DNA of 64,000 nucleotides, taken from a bacterium. Lineage in GTDB: Bacteria; Zhuqueibacterota; Zhuqueibacteria; Residuimicrobiales; Krinioviventaceae. The notes beneath the pieces were generated by a model. It had not been told where the DNA came from, did no database searches, and saw nothing but the letters and a program-made list of their open reading frames with translations. This document shows, one piece after another, positions 1-11,166 of the stretch. The DNA is taken from positions 63,470 to 127,469 of the forward strand of contig CAXXFV010000018.1 of NCBI GenBank assembly GCA_963674595.2. Reading direction: 5' to 3'. The translations under genes were made by a program, and so were the position numbers. Positions within the stretch are counted from its first letter, which is position 1. Every line of letters starts with the position of its first letter.

Positions 1-98
1 CACCATTGACAAAACAAGTGGATGTCAGTTTTTTAGGAAAGGCCGGAGAAATTTTACCAGTATTATGGGAAGCCGTAAAAAATTCACCCCAATCTTGA
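1..98 (+). CDS. cobB: 3' end of NAD-dependent deacylase (sirtuin/CobB), partial
   Basis: Frame 3 reads PLTKQVDVSFLGKAGEILPVLWEAVKNSPQS*, resembling the sirtuin C-terminal (T)PL..D....G.AGE.LP motif. Confidence 0.6.
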   Translation, partial: PLTKQVDVSFLGKAGEILPVLWEAVKNSPQS

Positions 99-120
99 AT
101 AATTTTTAGAAATTGTTATT

Positions 121-2487
121 ATGAAGCCCTGCAATAAAGTTTATATTCTCTTCATTGTCCTGTTATTTTCAGGATGCGCCTATTACAATACATTTTTTAA
201 TGCAAAACAAGCTTTTAATAACGCAGAAAAAGAGCGTAAAAAACGGGAAAAAACACAAATCGTTGAATTATCTGCTGAAGAAAAAGCGCAATTAAAAAAG
301 AAAGGCCAATATTACTCAAACAGCAGCAACAGGGCCAGTACCCAGGAGATGCAGGAATATCAGGTTGCCATCGAAAAATCTTCCAAAGTTTTAGAATTTT
401 ATCCCAAAAGTAAATATATTGATGATGCGCTGGACCTTATCGGAAAAAGCTTTTATTACCGTCGTGAATATAAAAGAGCTCTTAGAAAATTTGAAGAAAT
501 TATAAAGTTGTATCCTGAAAGTGATTATGTACCCGAAGCACGATTATACATGGCAAAAACCCTTATCGGGCTTGAAGAATTTGAAGATGCTGAACAGCAC
601 TTTCGCCAAATCATTAATGATACAAAAATAGAAAAACGATTAAAAGAAGAAGCAAAATACGAGCTTGCCGGACTGTATTATGAAAGAGAAAATTATGAAC
701 AAGCAAGCCAATATTACAAAAGTTCGGCCAAAGAAGCAGATGACAAACTTATCCGGGCCCTTTCTTTATACAGGCTTGGTGAATGTCTCATTTATTTAAA
801 ACAATTTGATGAAGCGCCTGAAATATTTAAAAAAACAGTTGATATTAGTCCGAATGAAGACTTTAAATCTCAATCTACGTTTAAATTAGGAGAAGCTCAA
901 AGTTTAAACAATGATTATGAAAACGCCATCAAAACATTTAGAGATTTACTTTCAAAAGAGTATGAAGTAAAGCGGATTCCAAATATCAAATTCCAGCTTG
1001 CGGAAAATCTTCGGCTAAACGGACAACTGGATGACGCTATAAAATGGTATGATGATATTATTGAACTTCATAAACGAACAGATGCCTCGGCCCGCAGTTA
1101 CTTTTCTCTCGGTGAAATTGAAGAATTTACCAATCTCGATTATAAAAAAGCTAAAGAAAATTATGACATGGTCAGAGGGGAGTTTGTAAACTCTATCGTA
1201 GCACCCAAAGCTACCGAAAGGGCCAAAAATATCGGAGAACTCTTGGACCTTTCAAAAGATATTGCTGTTTTGGAAGGAAGGGAAGTCGAATCGGATTCTC
1301 TTAATGCTGAAGGTGATTCTGATTCCAAAAGAGACAAAAGGGAACGTGATAACGCACCTATCGACCTCGATCCCGATGGAATATGGATCAACTATGCGGA
1401 TAGAGACAGACCAGCTCCGTTGACTTTGCAAGACAGAAACAGAATGGCTTTAAACGGTGCTGAACACGATAGCACTGGAAATTCCGTATCGGCTGACAGT
1501 TTAACGGCTACCTCGGCTGAAGATGATAGTTTAAGGCTTGTAGAACAAAAAGAACAGGAAGAAAAATCAAAAAAGGCACAGCTTGCAACAAAATATATGT
1601 CACTGGCTGAATTACTGAATTTTCATTTTGAAAAACCAGACACTGCGCTTACAGACTATCAAATGGTCGTTGATTTGGATGTCGATTCATCCATGTCTGC
1701 ACGCGCCATTTATTCCATGGCTTATATTTATGAAAACGAAAAAAAGGATACAAATACATCCGATTCTTTATATCAGTATATAATAGAGCATTATCCATCA
1801 AGCCCTCATGCAAAGGGCGCAAAAAGACAGCTCAATTTAATTACTGAAGAAAAAGTGGATTCCGCCAAAGTATTATTCACGAAAGCAGAAAAAATTATTG
1901 AGGAAAATGATAATATTAATGAAGCGTTTGATCTCTACTCAAATATTATAGACACGTATCCGGACTCACCCTATGCAGCAAAAGCGGCATTTGCACGGGG
2001 TTGGTATTTTGAAAACAGCATGTTTAATAACGACTCTGCCAAAGCACAATATGAATTCATTGTGGAAAAATATCCTGAAACACCTTATGCAAAAAATGTC
2101 CAGATAAAACTGGATGCCATCGAAGAAGCAATAAAAGCTGAGGAAGCCAGAAAACAGGCAATTGCAGATTCGCTTGCAAGCCTGGAAAAAGCAAAAAGTG
2201 ATTCACTCGCGGCACTAGCTTCAGACAGCCTGGCGTCTGACAGTTTGTCCGTAGCAGCATCTCTTTCCGATACCACCCTAACAGCGCCTGCTGACTCTTT
2301 GCAAGCACAAACCAGCACAGACACAAAAACTGCCGGTCAGGATACCACACCTAAAAATGATGAAAAAAGCCTGAATTCTCAAGATCTAAAAAGTATCATG
2401 GAACAGAGAAAGAGAATCCATCAAGAAGAGCAAGAAAAACAAGAAAAATCAAAAAAAGAAGAACCCAAAAAACCTGAAAATGAATAA
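121..2487 (+). CDS. Tetratricopeptide-repeat lipoprotein (SprE/PorW- or BamD-like)
   Basis: Lipobox LFSG-C followed by AYYNTFFNAK; many TPR repeats (YP.S.Y...A); low-complexity DSL-rich C-terminus. Confidence 0.8.
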   Translation: MKPCNKVYILFIVLLFSGCAYYNTFFNAKQAFNNAEKERKKREKTQIVELSAEEKAQLKKKGQYYSNSSNRASTQEMQEYQVAIEKSSKVLEFYPKSKYIDDALDLIGKSFYYRREYKRALRKFEEIIKLYPESDYVPEARLYMAKTLIGLEEFEDAEQHFRQIINDTKIEKRLKEEAKYELAGLYYERENYEQASQYYKSSAKEADDKLIRALSLYRLGECLIYLKQFDEAPEIFKKTVDISPNEDFKSQSTFKLGEAQSLNNDYENAIKTFRDLLSKEYEVKRIPNIKFQLAENLRLNGQLDDAIKWYDDIIELHKRTDASARSYFSLGEIEEFTNLDYKKAKENYDMVRGEFVNSIVAPKATERAKNIGELLDLSKDIAVLEGREVESDSLNAEGDSDSKRDKRERDNAPIDLDPDGIWINYADRDRPAPLTLQDRNRMALNGAEHDSTGNSVSADSLTATSAEDDSLRLVEQKEQEEKSKKAQLATKYMSLAELLNFHFEKPDTALTDYQMVVDLDVDSSMSARAIYSMAYIYENEKKDTNTSDSLYQYIIEHYPSSPHAKGAKRQLNLITEEKVDSAKVLFTKAEKIIEENDNINEAFDLYSNIIDTYPDSPYAAKAAFARGWYFENSMFNNDSAKAQYEFIVEKYPETPYAKNVQIKLDAIEEAIKAEEARKQAIADSLASLEKAKSDSLAALASDSLASDSLSVAASLSDTTLTAPADSLQAQTSTDTKTAGQDTTPKNDEKSLNSQDLKSIMEQRKRIHQEEQEKQEKSKKEEPKKPENE

Positions 2488-2490
2488 TTA

Positions 2491-3315
2491 ATGGTTAATA
2501 ATTTGAATAAAAAACAGCTATCCGAATCCCGCATTATATCAATCGAAAAAAAAGCTTTAGATATTTACAGATATCGTTTAACGGCACCAAACATTTCACA
2601 ATCTGCCCGATCGGGAAATTTTATTAATGTAGAGGTTCCCCATTGTGAAGAAATTATGTGGCGTCGTCCGTTCAGCATACATAATTCACAGCCGGATGCC
2701 GGAACATTTGACATTCTATTTGCCGCTATTGGGCGCGGCACGCATGCACTGTTGAAAAACAAACCGGGTGATTCTTTAAATATTATAGGGCCACTCGGCA
2801 ATTCGTTCGATTATCCGGATGACTTGCAGGAGGCAATTATTGTTGCCGGTGGAATTGGTATCGCTCCGTTTTTGTTAATGATGCAAGAATTGCCAACCAA
2901 AGATATAAAAAAATCTATTTTTTACGGCGCCGGGACCAGAGAACAACTGTGCTGCCTTGATGATTTTGAAAAAACCAATGCGGAAATTCATATATCGACA
3001 GACGATGGCTCTGCCGGATATAAAGGTTTTATTACGGATATTTTAAACGATTATCTGGCATCTTTAACATCAACAACAGGCAAACAGCTTTATGTCTGCG
3101 GACCAACGCCAATGATGGTTAAAGTGCAGCAACTGGCAAAACAATATAACATATCCGCACAAGTCACAGTCGAAAATGTTATGGCTTGTGGTTTTGGGGC
3201 CTGTATGGGCTGCCCGGTACCAATGGCAAACCCGCCTCACGACGGTAAAAAATACCTGTTAGCATGTAAAGATGGTCCGGTTTTTAATATGAATGAGATT
3301 AATTTAAATGACTAG
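2491..3315 (+). CDS. pyrK: Dihydroorotate dehydrogenase B electron-transfer subunit
   Basis: RRPFS, GPLG, AGGIG, CGP and 2Fe-2S motif MACGFGACMGC...C.DGPVF; overlaps pyrD. Confidence 0.95.
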   Translation: MVNNLNKKQLSESRIISIEKKALDIYRYRLTAPNISQSARSGNFINVEVPHCEEIMWRRPFSIHNSQPDAGTFDILFAAIGRGTHALLKNKPGDSLNIIGPLGNSFDYPDDLQEAIIVAGGIGIAPFLLMMQELPTKDIKKSIFYGAGTREQLCCLDDFEKTNAEIHISTDDGSAGYKGFITDILNDYLASLTSTTGKQLYVCGPTPMMVKVQQLAKQYNISAQVTVENVMACGFGACMGCPVPMANPPHDGKKYLLACKDGPVFNMNEINLND

Positions 3316-4222
3316 CCTAAAAATAAATATTGGTTCTCTTGAATTATCAAATCCTGTTTCTGTAGCAAGCGGTACATTTGGTTACGCGGAAGAGTTTAAA
3401 GACTTTATCAATCTTGATCAGCTTGGTGCAATCGTAACAAAAACAGTAACACTGGAACCCCGTCCCGGTAACAAACCGCCCAGAATTGTGGAAACACCCT
3501 CCGGAATGTTGAACGCCATCGGCCTTCCCAATGTTGGTGTTGAACAATTTATCGTCGAAAAAATGCCCTTCCTGAGGACCCTAAACACGAAACTCATCGT
3601 TAATGTGGCCGGAAAGGCAGACAGCGATTTTGTTGAAGCCGTTGCAAGACTTGACCAGGTTGAAGGCATTGATGCTTTTGAGCTGAATTACTCTTGTCCC
3701 AATGTAAAAGAAGGCGGCATATCTTTCAGCGCTGATCCTGTAACGGCTGAAAATTTGACAAAGGCCATCCGTAAGGTCACGCAAAAACCCCTTATTGCCA
3801 AACTAACCCCCAATGTGACATCCATCAGTCAGATTGGACTCGCCGTGCAGAACGGAGGGGCTGATGCGGTCTCTGCGGTTAACACTTTTGTCGGTATGGC
3901 TATTAACGCCGTAACACGCAGACCCAAAATTGCAAACATAACCGGCGGACTCTCCGGTCCGGCAATAAAACCCCTGGCCCTGGCAAAGGTGTTTGAGCTG
4001 CATAAGGCGCTTTCCATTCCCATTATCGGAATCGGCGGTATAATGAACGGACCGGATGCCATCGAGTTTTTTCTTGCCGGTGCTTCTGCCATTCAAGTCG
4101 GTACAGCCAATTTTATGAATCCTGATTCTACGATTAAAATTTTAGATGAAATTAAAGAATATTGTTCTCAACACAATGTTACAAATATCCAGGAACTCAT
4201 TGGCGGGCTTGTCATAGAGTAG
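3308..4222 (+). CDS. pyrD: Dihydroorotate dehydrogenase family 1B catalytic subunit
   Basis: ASGTFG, GMLNAIGL.N.G, NYSCPN, KLTPN, GGLSGPAIKP motifs. Confidence 0.97.
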   Translation: MTSLKINIGSLELSNPVSVASGTFGYAEEFKDFINLDQLGAIVTKTVTLEPRPGNKPPRIVETPSGMLNAIGLPNVGVEQFIVEKMPFLRTLNTKLIVNVAGKADSDFVEAVARLDQVEGIDAFELNYSCPNVKEGGISFSADPVTAENLTKAIRKVTQKPLIAKLTPNVTSISQIGLAVQNGGADAVSAVNTFVGMAINAVTRRPKIANITGGLSGPAIKPLALAKVFELHKALSIPIIGIGGIMNGPDAIEFFLAGASAIQVGTANFMNPDSTIKILDEIKEYCSQHNVTNIQELIGGLVIE

Positions 4223-4274
4223 CAGTCAAATCAAACCAACAATAGTTTTCAGTTACAAACTGAGAGGAGTCTTT

Positions 4275-5102
4275 TTGAATTTAAAATCCTTTGGTATACG
4301 AACGATTATTGCCCTTATCTTTGGTCCGTTGATTATTTTATCTGTTTTATTTGGAGGATATTATTTATTAGGATTTGTTCTCCTCGTTGTTATACTTTCA
4401 GTTTATGAATTTTACAAACTCGCTGAAAAAAAACAAACTTTTAGCAACCTTTTTATCGGTGAAATTTTTAGTATCGCCGTTGTTTTATCGCTATTCTTTT
4501 ACGGAGTAGAATCGCTTATTCCGCTCATTATGCTTTCAATGATTAGTGTATTCTTTTGGGCACTTTATCGTCCGAAAGGCTCTCCAACCTTAAATGTGCC
4601 GGTTACCTTTTTTCCCATTCTTTATTTTCCAATAATGTTCGGCAGTTTACTGTTGGTAAGAGAGCTGCCGCATACTTATGACATTCCATACGGCGCGGCC
4701 GGGAAATGGCTGATGATGATGGTATTTGCAACCTGGATTTGTGACACAGCCGCATACATTTTTGGTTCCTATTTCGGAAAACATAAATTAATTGAACGTA
4801 TCAGTCCGAATAAAACCATTGAAGGTTCAGCCGCCGGATTTATCTTTTCTGTTTTAACAGCGTGGGGGTGCCATATGTGGTTTATCGACGGATTAAGGCT
4901 GGTGGATTCGCTGGTTATCGGGGCTATTGCCGGCATTTTCGGACAATATGGCGATCTGTTCGAATCCATGATCAAACGTGACGTCGGCGTTAAGGACTCT
5001 TCCTCTCTTATTCCCGAGCATGGAGGCGTTTTAGACCGGTTTGACAGTTTGACCTTTTCTACCCCGATTGTTTATCTGTATTTGAAATTCTTTGTATTTT
5101 AA
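4275..5102 (+). CDS. cdsA: Phosphatidate cytidylyltransferase
   Basis: SPNKTIEG, GDLFESMIKRDVGVKDS, HGGVLDRFDS signature; hydrophobic; TTG start after AGGAG. Confidence 0.95.
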   Translation: MNLKSFGIRTIIALIFGPLIILSVLFGGYYLLGFVLLVVILSVYEFYKLAEKKQTFSNLFIGEIFSIAVVLSLFFYGVESLIPLIMLSMISVFFWALYRPKGSPTLNVPVTFFPILYFPIMFGSLLLVRELPHTYDIPYGAAGKWLMMMVFATWICDTAAYIFGSYFGKHKLIERISPNKTIEGSAAGFIFSVLTAWGCHMWFIDGLRLVDSLVIGAIAGIFGQYGDLFESMIKRDVGVKDSSSLIPEHGGVLDRFDSLTFSTPIVYLYLKFFVF

Positions 5103-5131
5103 AAAAAGAGCCGTTTTACAAAACGGCTCTT
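5101..5131. terminator. Intrinsic terminator between convergent cdsA and ROK genes
   Basis: AAGAGCCGTTTT-AC-AAAACGGCTCTT inverted repeat with adjacent A-run. Confidence 0.8.
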
Positions 5132-5140
5132 GAAACATAT

Positions 5141-6079
5141 CTATTTATTTTCCATCTCTACACCATAAAGTGCAATTGAAATAGCGGCATAATCCCCTAT
5201 TTTTTCTCCCAAAGCTGTCGGCACAATTTTGCATCCGCTTAAAGGTCTTGCCAGCGTTTCCTGTTCCAAAACCTCGCGAATCGGTTTTTCCAGCAAGTCC
5301 TGACACCGGGCATACAAACTTCCCAAAATAATAACCTCAGGATTTAATATATCAATTATAGTTGATAAAGCCTGACCGGCATACCGCCCGGATTGATAAA
5401 ATATATCAGCGGCAAATGCATCACCGGCACGTGCAGCTTCTGCAACATCTTTGGCGGTTATATCATACAGTTCTTTATTTTTAAACAATACGGATTCGTT
5501 TTCTCCTTCGGCCGCTAATATTTGCACCCATTTTGCAATACCACCTCCACTGCAAAATCCTTCAAAGGAACCGTGTTTACCATATCCAATCGGGCCATCT
5601 GGTGCCAGTCGAATATGTCCTACTTCACCGGCCGCATATTGTTTCCCTTCGTAGAGCCTGCCGTTCAAAACAAGGCCCGCGCCCATACCGGTGCCATAGG
5701 TCAAAAATGCAACATTGTCATATCCTTTTCCGGCGCCAAACTTCCATTCCGCCAGGGCGCCGGCATTGGCATCATTCATAAGAAAAGCCTTACCGCCGAA
5801 CCTTGAAACAATATCATCCACAATTGTAACATGGTCCCAGTCCGGTAAATTGGGTGGTGATAAAATAATACCTTTTTCCTTATCCATCGGGTCACCACAG
5901 GCAATTCCAAAAATCGGATCTGTTAAAGGTTTTGCCTTTTCAATAACAGAAAAAAGCCGTTCCAGCGTTTCCGTAACTGTTGTTGTTTGAAATGTTTCTT
6001 TGAACGAAAAATGTCCGTTTTCATCGGATTTAACGACCGAACATTTTGTGCCGCCAATATCCAATCCGATTACATCCAT
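5141..6079 (-). CDS. ROK family sugar kinase (glucokinase-like)
   Basis: GLDIGGTK, NDANAGALAE, GTGMGAG, GEVGH, G.FEG.CSG. Confidence 0.92.
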   Translation of the reverse strand: MDVIGLDIGGTKCSVVKSDENGHFSFKETFQTTTVTETLERLFSVIEKAKPLTDPIFGIACGDPMDKEKGIILSPPNLPDWDHVTIVDDIVSRFGGKAFLMNDANAGALAEWKFGAGKGYDNVAFLTYGTGMGAGLVLNGRLYEGKQYAAGEVGHIRLAPDGPIGYGKHGSFEGFCSGGGIAKWVQILAAEGENESVLFKNKELYDITAKDVAEAARAGDAFAADIFYQSGRYAGQALSTIIDILNPEVIILGSLYARCQDLLEKPIREVLEQETLARPLSGCKIVPTALGEKIGDYAAISIALYGVEMENK

Positions 6080-6123
6080 GTTATAAAGCTCCTATCCCTT
6101 TTTTATATATTAACAGTTAATTT

Positions 6124-6282
6124 TTACAACGGTTCAAACATATCCTTACCAACATAACAGATAGGACAGAGCCAATCGTCCGGTGTGTCGTCAAATTCCG
6201 TTCCAGGGGGAACATCATTTTCAGGATCACCGACTTCAGGATCATATACGTAGCCGCAATTTGTACAAACATACTTTTCCAT
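6124..6282 (-). CDS. Rubredoxin (52 aa)
   Basis: [15 protein letters not shown]...WLCPIC with two CxxC motifs; GGAGG RBS upstream of ATG at 6282. Confidence 0.95.
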   Translation of the reverse strand: MEKYVCTNCGYVYDPEVGDPENDVPPGTEFDDTPDDWLCPICYVGKDMFEPL

Positions 6283-6301
6283 GCTGCCTCCATCTTTTTT
6301 A

Positions 6302-9300
6302 TTAATCTGCTCTAAAATATTTAGCCTGTGGATGATGAACAATAAAAGCTGACGTCGTTTGTTCAGGAACCATCTGGTCTTCGTCCGAAATGGAAACACC
6401 AATTCGACCAGGATCAAGCAGTTGAAATAATTTTCGGTTTTCAGCCAAATCCGGACAGGCCGGATAACCAAAAGAATATCGTGAACCACGGTATTTTTGT
6501 AAGACAAATTCGTCAATGGAATTTCCATCCTGATCCGCTATACCCAATTCAAGACGAATTTGTTTATGCCAGTATTCGGCAAGCGATTCAGCAGCCTCAA
6601 CACTGAGTCCATGAAACTGCAAATAGTCTTTATAGGAATCACTCTCATACAGCCGTTTGGATTCCTGATCCGCATTATGACCGACAGTTGCCACCTGTAA
6701 AGCAATCACATCTTTACGCCCGGATTTAACCGGCAGGAAAAAATCGGCAATACATCGAAAGGGCGACTGTTTTTGTCTCGGAAAATGAAACCGGGTCCAT
6801 TCTTTATCGGTATTGGGATGATAAATGACAACATCATCACCGTCGCTGTTACACGGATAATAACCATAAACAACTTGAGGAGCAAGTAAATTTTGCTCAA
6901 TACAGATCGTTTTTAATCTTTTATATTCGGGACGAACATGATCATTTAACAATTTTTCATATTCGTTTGTTGAAAGCTTTCCCTTTTTATATCCCCAGCG
7001 TCCCCGGAACAAAACCGTCTCTGTAATATATTCAAAAACTGTTTCCAGTTTTATATCGGAAACAATTTTACTATTCCAAAAAGGCGGTTCAGGAACTTCA
7101 ATATCCTGAGAAATAATTTCCTCTTTAACTTTAACAGCCGGTTTTTTAATTACGTTCTTGACGGATTTTTGAGTCGATTTTTGAAAATTGAGATTATTTT
7201 CTTTAATCGCTTCCATAACCCGCAAACCTTCAAAGGCATCTGAACAGTAAAGCACAGGTGAATCAATAACGGCATTACAAACATCATCGACATAACTTTT
7301 TGTTAAAGCAGCGCCGCCAAGTAACACCGGGATATGAATATTTCTTTTCTGCATCTCTTCGAGGTTTTCTTTCATAATAACAGTAGACTTGACCAGTAAT
7401 CCACTCATACCGATAGCGTCTGCATGGACCTCTTTTGCTTTTTGCAAAATTGTATCAATCTCGCATTTAATACCGAGATTATAAACTTTGTAACCGTTAT
7501 TACTGAGAATTATATCAACCAGATTTTTACCAATATCGTGTACATCACCTCTTACGGTTGCCAACACAATACTTTTTTGAATGTGGTCGTCGGTCTTTTC
7601 CATATATGGTTTTAGTTTGTCGACGGAAAACTTCATCACTTCAGCCGCCTGAAGAACAAAAGGAAGCTGCATTTTTCCGGCCCCAAACAATTCACCCACG
7701 ACTTTCATGGCAGGTATTAGTAATTCATTCACAATATCCAATGCAGATATTTGCTCAAGTTTTTCTAAAAGCAGTGTTTCCAAACCGGATCGGTTACCCT
7801 GAATGACTTTATGCTTAATCTTTTCATCAATGTCCAGTTCATCTTCGACAATATTTTTGGTTTCAACGCCGGCTTTTTGTTCAAAATGTTTTATAAATGA
7901 AATAAGAGGATTTTCACCCCTGTTGTAAACCAGGTCCAGACTAAAATCAATATCCTGCTGGTCGATCTGATACAGCGGCATTATTTTTTTTACATTAACA
8001 ATAGCCAAATCCAAACCGGCTTTAACAGCTTCATCTAAAAAGACGGAATTTAACACTTCTCTGGAATGGGGACTTAGTCCGAAGGAGATATTGCTGACAC
8101 CCAATATTGTAAACACACCCGGCAGTTCGGCTTTTATATTGCGGATACCCTCGATGGTATTAATCCCGGCGGTCATTAATGATTCATCACCGCTGCCCAG
8201 GGTAAATGTCAGTGCATCAAAAATCAAATCCTGAGGATGTAATCCATGTTGGTCCACAGCAATTTGATGCAGCCGTTTGGCTATTTCTACTTTTCTATCC
8301 ACTTCAAGGGCCATGCCCTGCTCATCAATGGTCAGGGCTATAAGCGCGGCGCCGTATCTTTTTGCCAATCGGCAAATCTCATGGACCTTATCCTCACCGG
8401 CTTCCAGGTTAATGGAATTGATAACGGCCCTCCCCCCAATTAACTTCAAAGCGTCTTCGATAACAACCGCATCCGTAGAATCGATCACTATCGGCAAATC
8501 GATCTGTGTTACAATCCTTTTAACAGCGTTTTCCATATCAGCCGTTTCATTTCGGCCGGTATAAGCAACACATAAATCCAAGGCATGGGCGCCGGTATTT
8601 TGCTGTTCTCTGGCGACATCGACAATACCGTCCCAGTCCTCTTTTAACAGATAATCTCTGAATTTTTTACTGCCGTTGGTATTGGCGCGTTCACCCACAA
8701 AAAAAGGACCCGGCTGCTGATGTAAATTCTTTTCACTGAATAATGAAGACACCGTATAGTTTTTATCAACAGAACGAACAGCCGGTTGAATATGCTCAAA
8801 TTGTTTGCTTACTTGCGCCATAAAATCAGGCGTTGTGCCGCAGCAGCCTCCGACAATTTGCACACCATCTTCTTCAATAAATTCAGTGAGCACCTTGACA
8901 AAATCTTCAACCTTTAGTGTATAAACCAATTCCCCGTCAACATTTTCCGGCAAGCCGGCATTGGGTTGACACAAAACAGCGCCGGGAAACTGGCGGCAGA
9001 TTTCTTTAATATAGGGCCGCATGTGTTCCGGACCGGTGGCACAATTCATTCCCAAAATATCAACATCAAAGGGCGCCAAAGCGCGCTTAAAACAGCCGTA
9101 ATTTCCGAACCGACTAAAAGAGTTCCGGTGGATTCGACTGTCACCGAAACAGCAATCGGCAGCCGAACGTTCATTGATTTAAACGTATCGGTAATGGCCG
9201 CTAAACATACTTTTATTTGCAGCAGATCCTGACACGTTTCAACCACCAGTAAATCAACGCCGCCTTCAACAAGGCCCTGTACCTGCTGCTGGTAGGAATG

Positions 9301-9705
9301 ATACATGGTGTCAAAATCGGTTTGTCCCAGACTGACGAGTTTTGTCCCGGGACCAATGGAACCGGCGATATAACGCGGTTTAATGGAATTGTATTTTTCG
9401 ACAGCTTTACGGGCAATTTCCCCGGCTGTTTTGTTAATCTCCAGAACACGGTCCTGTAAATCATATTCCGACAAAACAATAATATTTGCGCCAAATGTAT
9501 TGGTTTCAACAACATCACATCCGGCTTTTAAATAGCCTTCATGAATCGCCTGAATTTTATCGGGCACAGTCAGATTCAGCACCTCGCTGCAGCCGATTTT
9601 ATTGTCCCACTCTTCAAGAGTGGGCTGAAAGGCCTGAATTTGTGTTCCCATGGCCCCGTCAAATAAAACCGGACCTTTTTTTAATCTATCTAAAAATATC
9701 ATCAA
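6302..9705 (-). pseudogene. metH: B12-dependent methionine synthase, split by a frameshift near 9081-9086
   Basis: ORF 9046-9705 (DGAMGT, ETNTFG) plus ORF 6302-9079 ([37 protein letters not shown]) make one MetH; removing one GC from GCGCGC restores the frame. Confidence 0.9.
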
Positions 9706-9940
9706 CCCCGACTGCTTTCTTTATTCAATATATTATAATCATCAACACAATCTTTTAAAGATTGAAATATAACAATTTAGATGAGAATTTCAAATATAAT
9801 AATAATCTTATTGCATTTTATTCAAAATTCTCTTAGGTTCAGCAAATTCTGTCATAATTGGTTTTCAACCCATATTCAATAAAAAAGCAGACCGATTTTT
9901 AAATCCATTTACCCAAAACGACCCATTTTAAGAGAACAAA

Positions 9941-11155
9941 ATGAACATAACAACAGAATTTGAAAAAAGATGGCAATCACTGGATGATAATATAAAAACC
10001 TGGTGGGACGGTGATTTCAGCAGGGCCAATGAAAAAGAGATACGTAACGATCCAAAAGGGACCCTGCTTTATCTACCGCATCCCTACAGTACCGCCGGCG
10101 GCAGTGAATCGGCTTTCCCTGAAATGTATGGCTGGGACACCTATTTTATCAACCTTGCCCTGCTCGAACACGGACGTTTTGACCTGGTTCGCAACCATAT
10201 TGTCAACCATCTTTTTATGATTGAAAAGCATGGTATGGTGCTGAACGGTAATCGCGATTATTATCTGACCCGTTCCCAAACGCCTTTACTGGCCGAGGGT
10301 ATTTGGCGGTATCACCAAAAACATCCGGACAAAGATTTGTTGTGTATGGCTTTTCCCTTGTTAAAAAAAGAGTATAATAACTATTGGCTGGCGGAACACC
10401 ACCAAACACCCACAGGTCTGGCAACAAACCGCGACCTGGGTGATCCCAATTGGCGGCCTGAGCTGGCTGCCGAAGCAGAGATAACGGACTTTACCCCTTG
10501 TTTTGACGGAGATGTTAGACAATGCAATCCTGTGGCAACAAACTGTGCCCTGATCCAATACGCCAACAATATTGCCAAAATTGCCGGTGAACTGGGCTGG
10601 CCCGAGCAAGCACAGGAGTGGCAAAAAGAAGCACAAAAAAGAACAGAACTCGTTCAAAAATATTGCTGGGATGAAGAACAGGGATTTTTCTTTGATTATC
10701 ATTTTATCAGACAGGAAAGATTACCCTATTGGTCTGTTTTGGGATTTTGGCCCATGTGGGTTAACATCGCCACGCCGGCACAGGCTGAAAAGATGATGCA
10801 AAACCTTGAAAAATTCAACCAGCCGCACGGTTTAACATCTACAGCGGAACAATATGCCAGTCCGCACCCCGAATATGAATGGGTGCAATTCAACTATCCG
10901 GCAGGATGGCCGCCCATGCATGTTATGCCGGTGGAGGGATTGATAACATACGGTTATGAAAAACAAGCCAAAGAGGTGTGTCATAAACTTTTAAACCTTA
11001 TGCTGGACCTTTATGACAAAACGGGTAAACTGTGGGAAAAATACAATGTGGTTAAAGGAGATTTGGACCTTCCCAAAGAAAGATATGCCAGCGAACCCAT
11101 GCACGGATTCATATCCGCATCGGTCGTTATACTGGGTCGGCTGCTGCTGAAATAA
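9941..11155 (+). CDS. Alpha,alpha-trehalase (GH37), no signal peptide
   Basis: F.EMYGWDTYF, NGNR.YYLTRSQ.P, W.Q..YP.GW.P, WEKYNV motifs. Confidence 0.9.
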   Translation: MNITTEFEKRWQSLDDNIKTWWDGDFSRANEKEIRNDPKGTLLYLPHPYSTAGGSESAFPEMYGWDTYFINLALLEHGRFDLVRNHIVNHLFMIEKHGMVLNGNRDYYLTRSQTPLLAEGIWRYHQKHPDKDLLCMAFPLLKKEYNNYWLAEHHQTPTGLATNRDLGDPNWRPELAAEAEITDFTPCFDGDVRQCNPVATNCALIQYANNIAKIAGELGWPEQAQEWQKEAQKRTELVQKYCWDEEQGFFFDYHFIRQERLPYWSVLGFWPMWVNIATPAQAEKMMQNLEKFNQPHGLTSTAEQYASPHPEYEWVQFNYPAGWPPMHVMPVEGLITYGYEKQAKEVCHKLLNLMLDLYDKTGKLWEKYNVVKGDLDLPKERYASEPMHGFISASVVILGRLLLK

Positions 11156-11166
11156 AGGAACCATCA

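Noticed and set aside
6283-6528. 134-aa extended rubredoxin ORF
   Set aside because: The extension overlaps the metH 3' end; the real start is ATG 6282 with a GGAGG RBS
9706-9940. SAM or cobalamin riboswitch upstream of metH
   Set aside because: AT-rich divergent promoter region with no recognisable consensus
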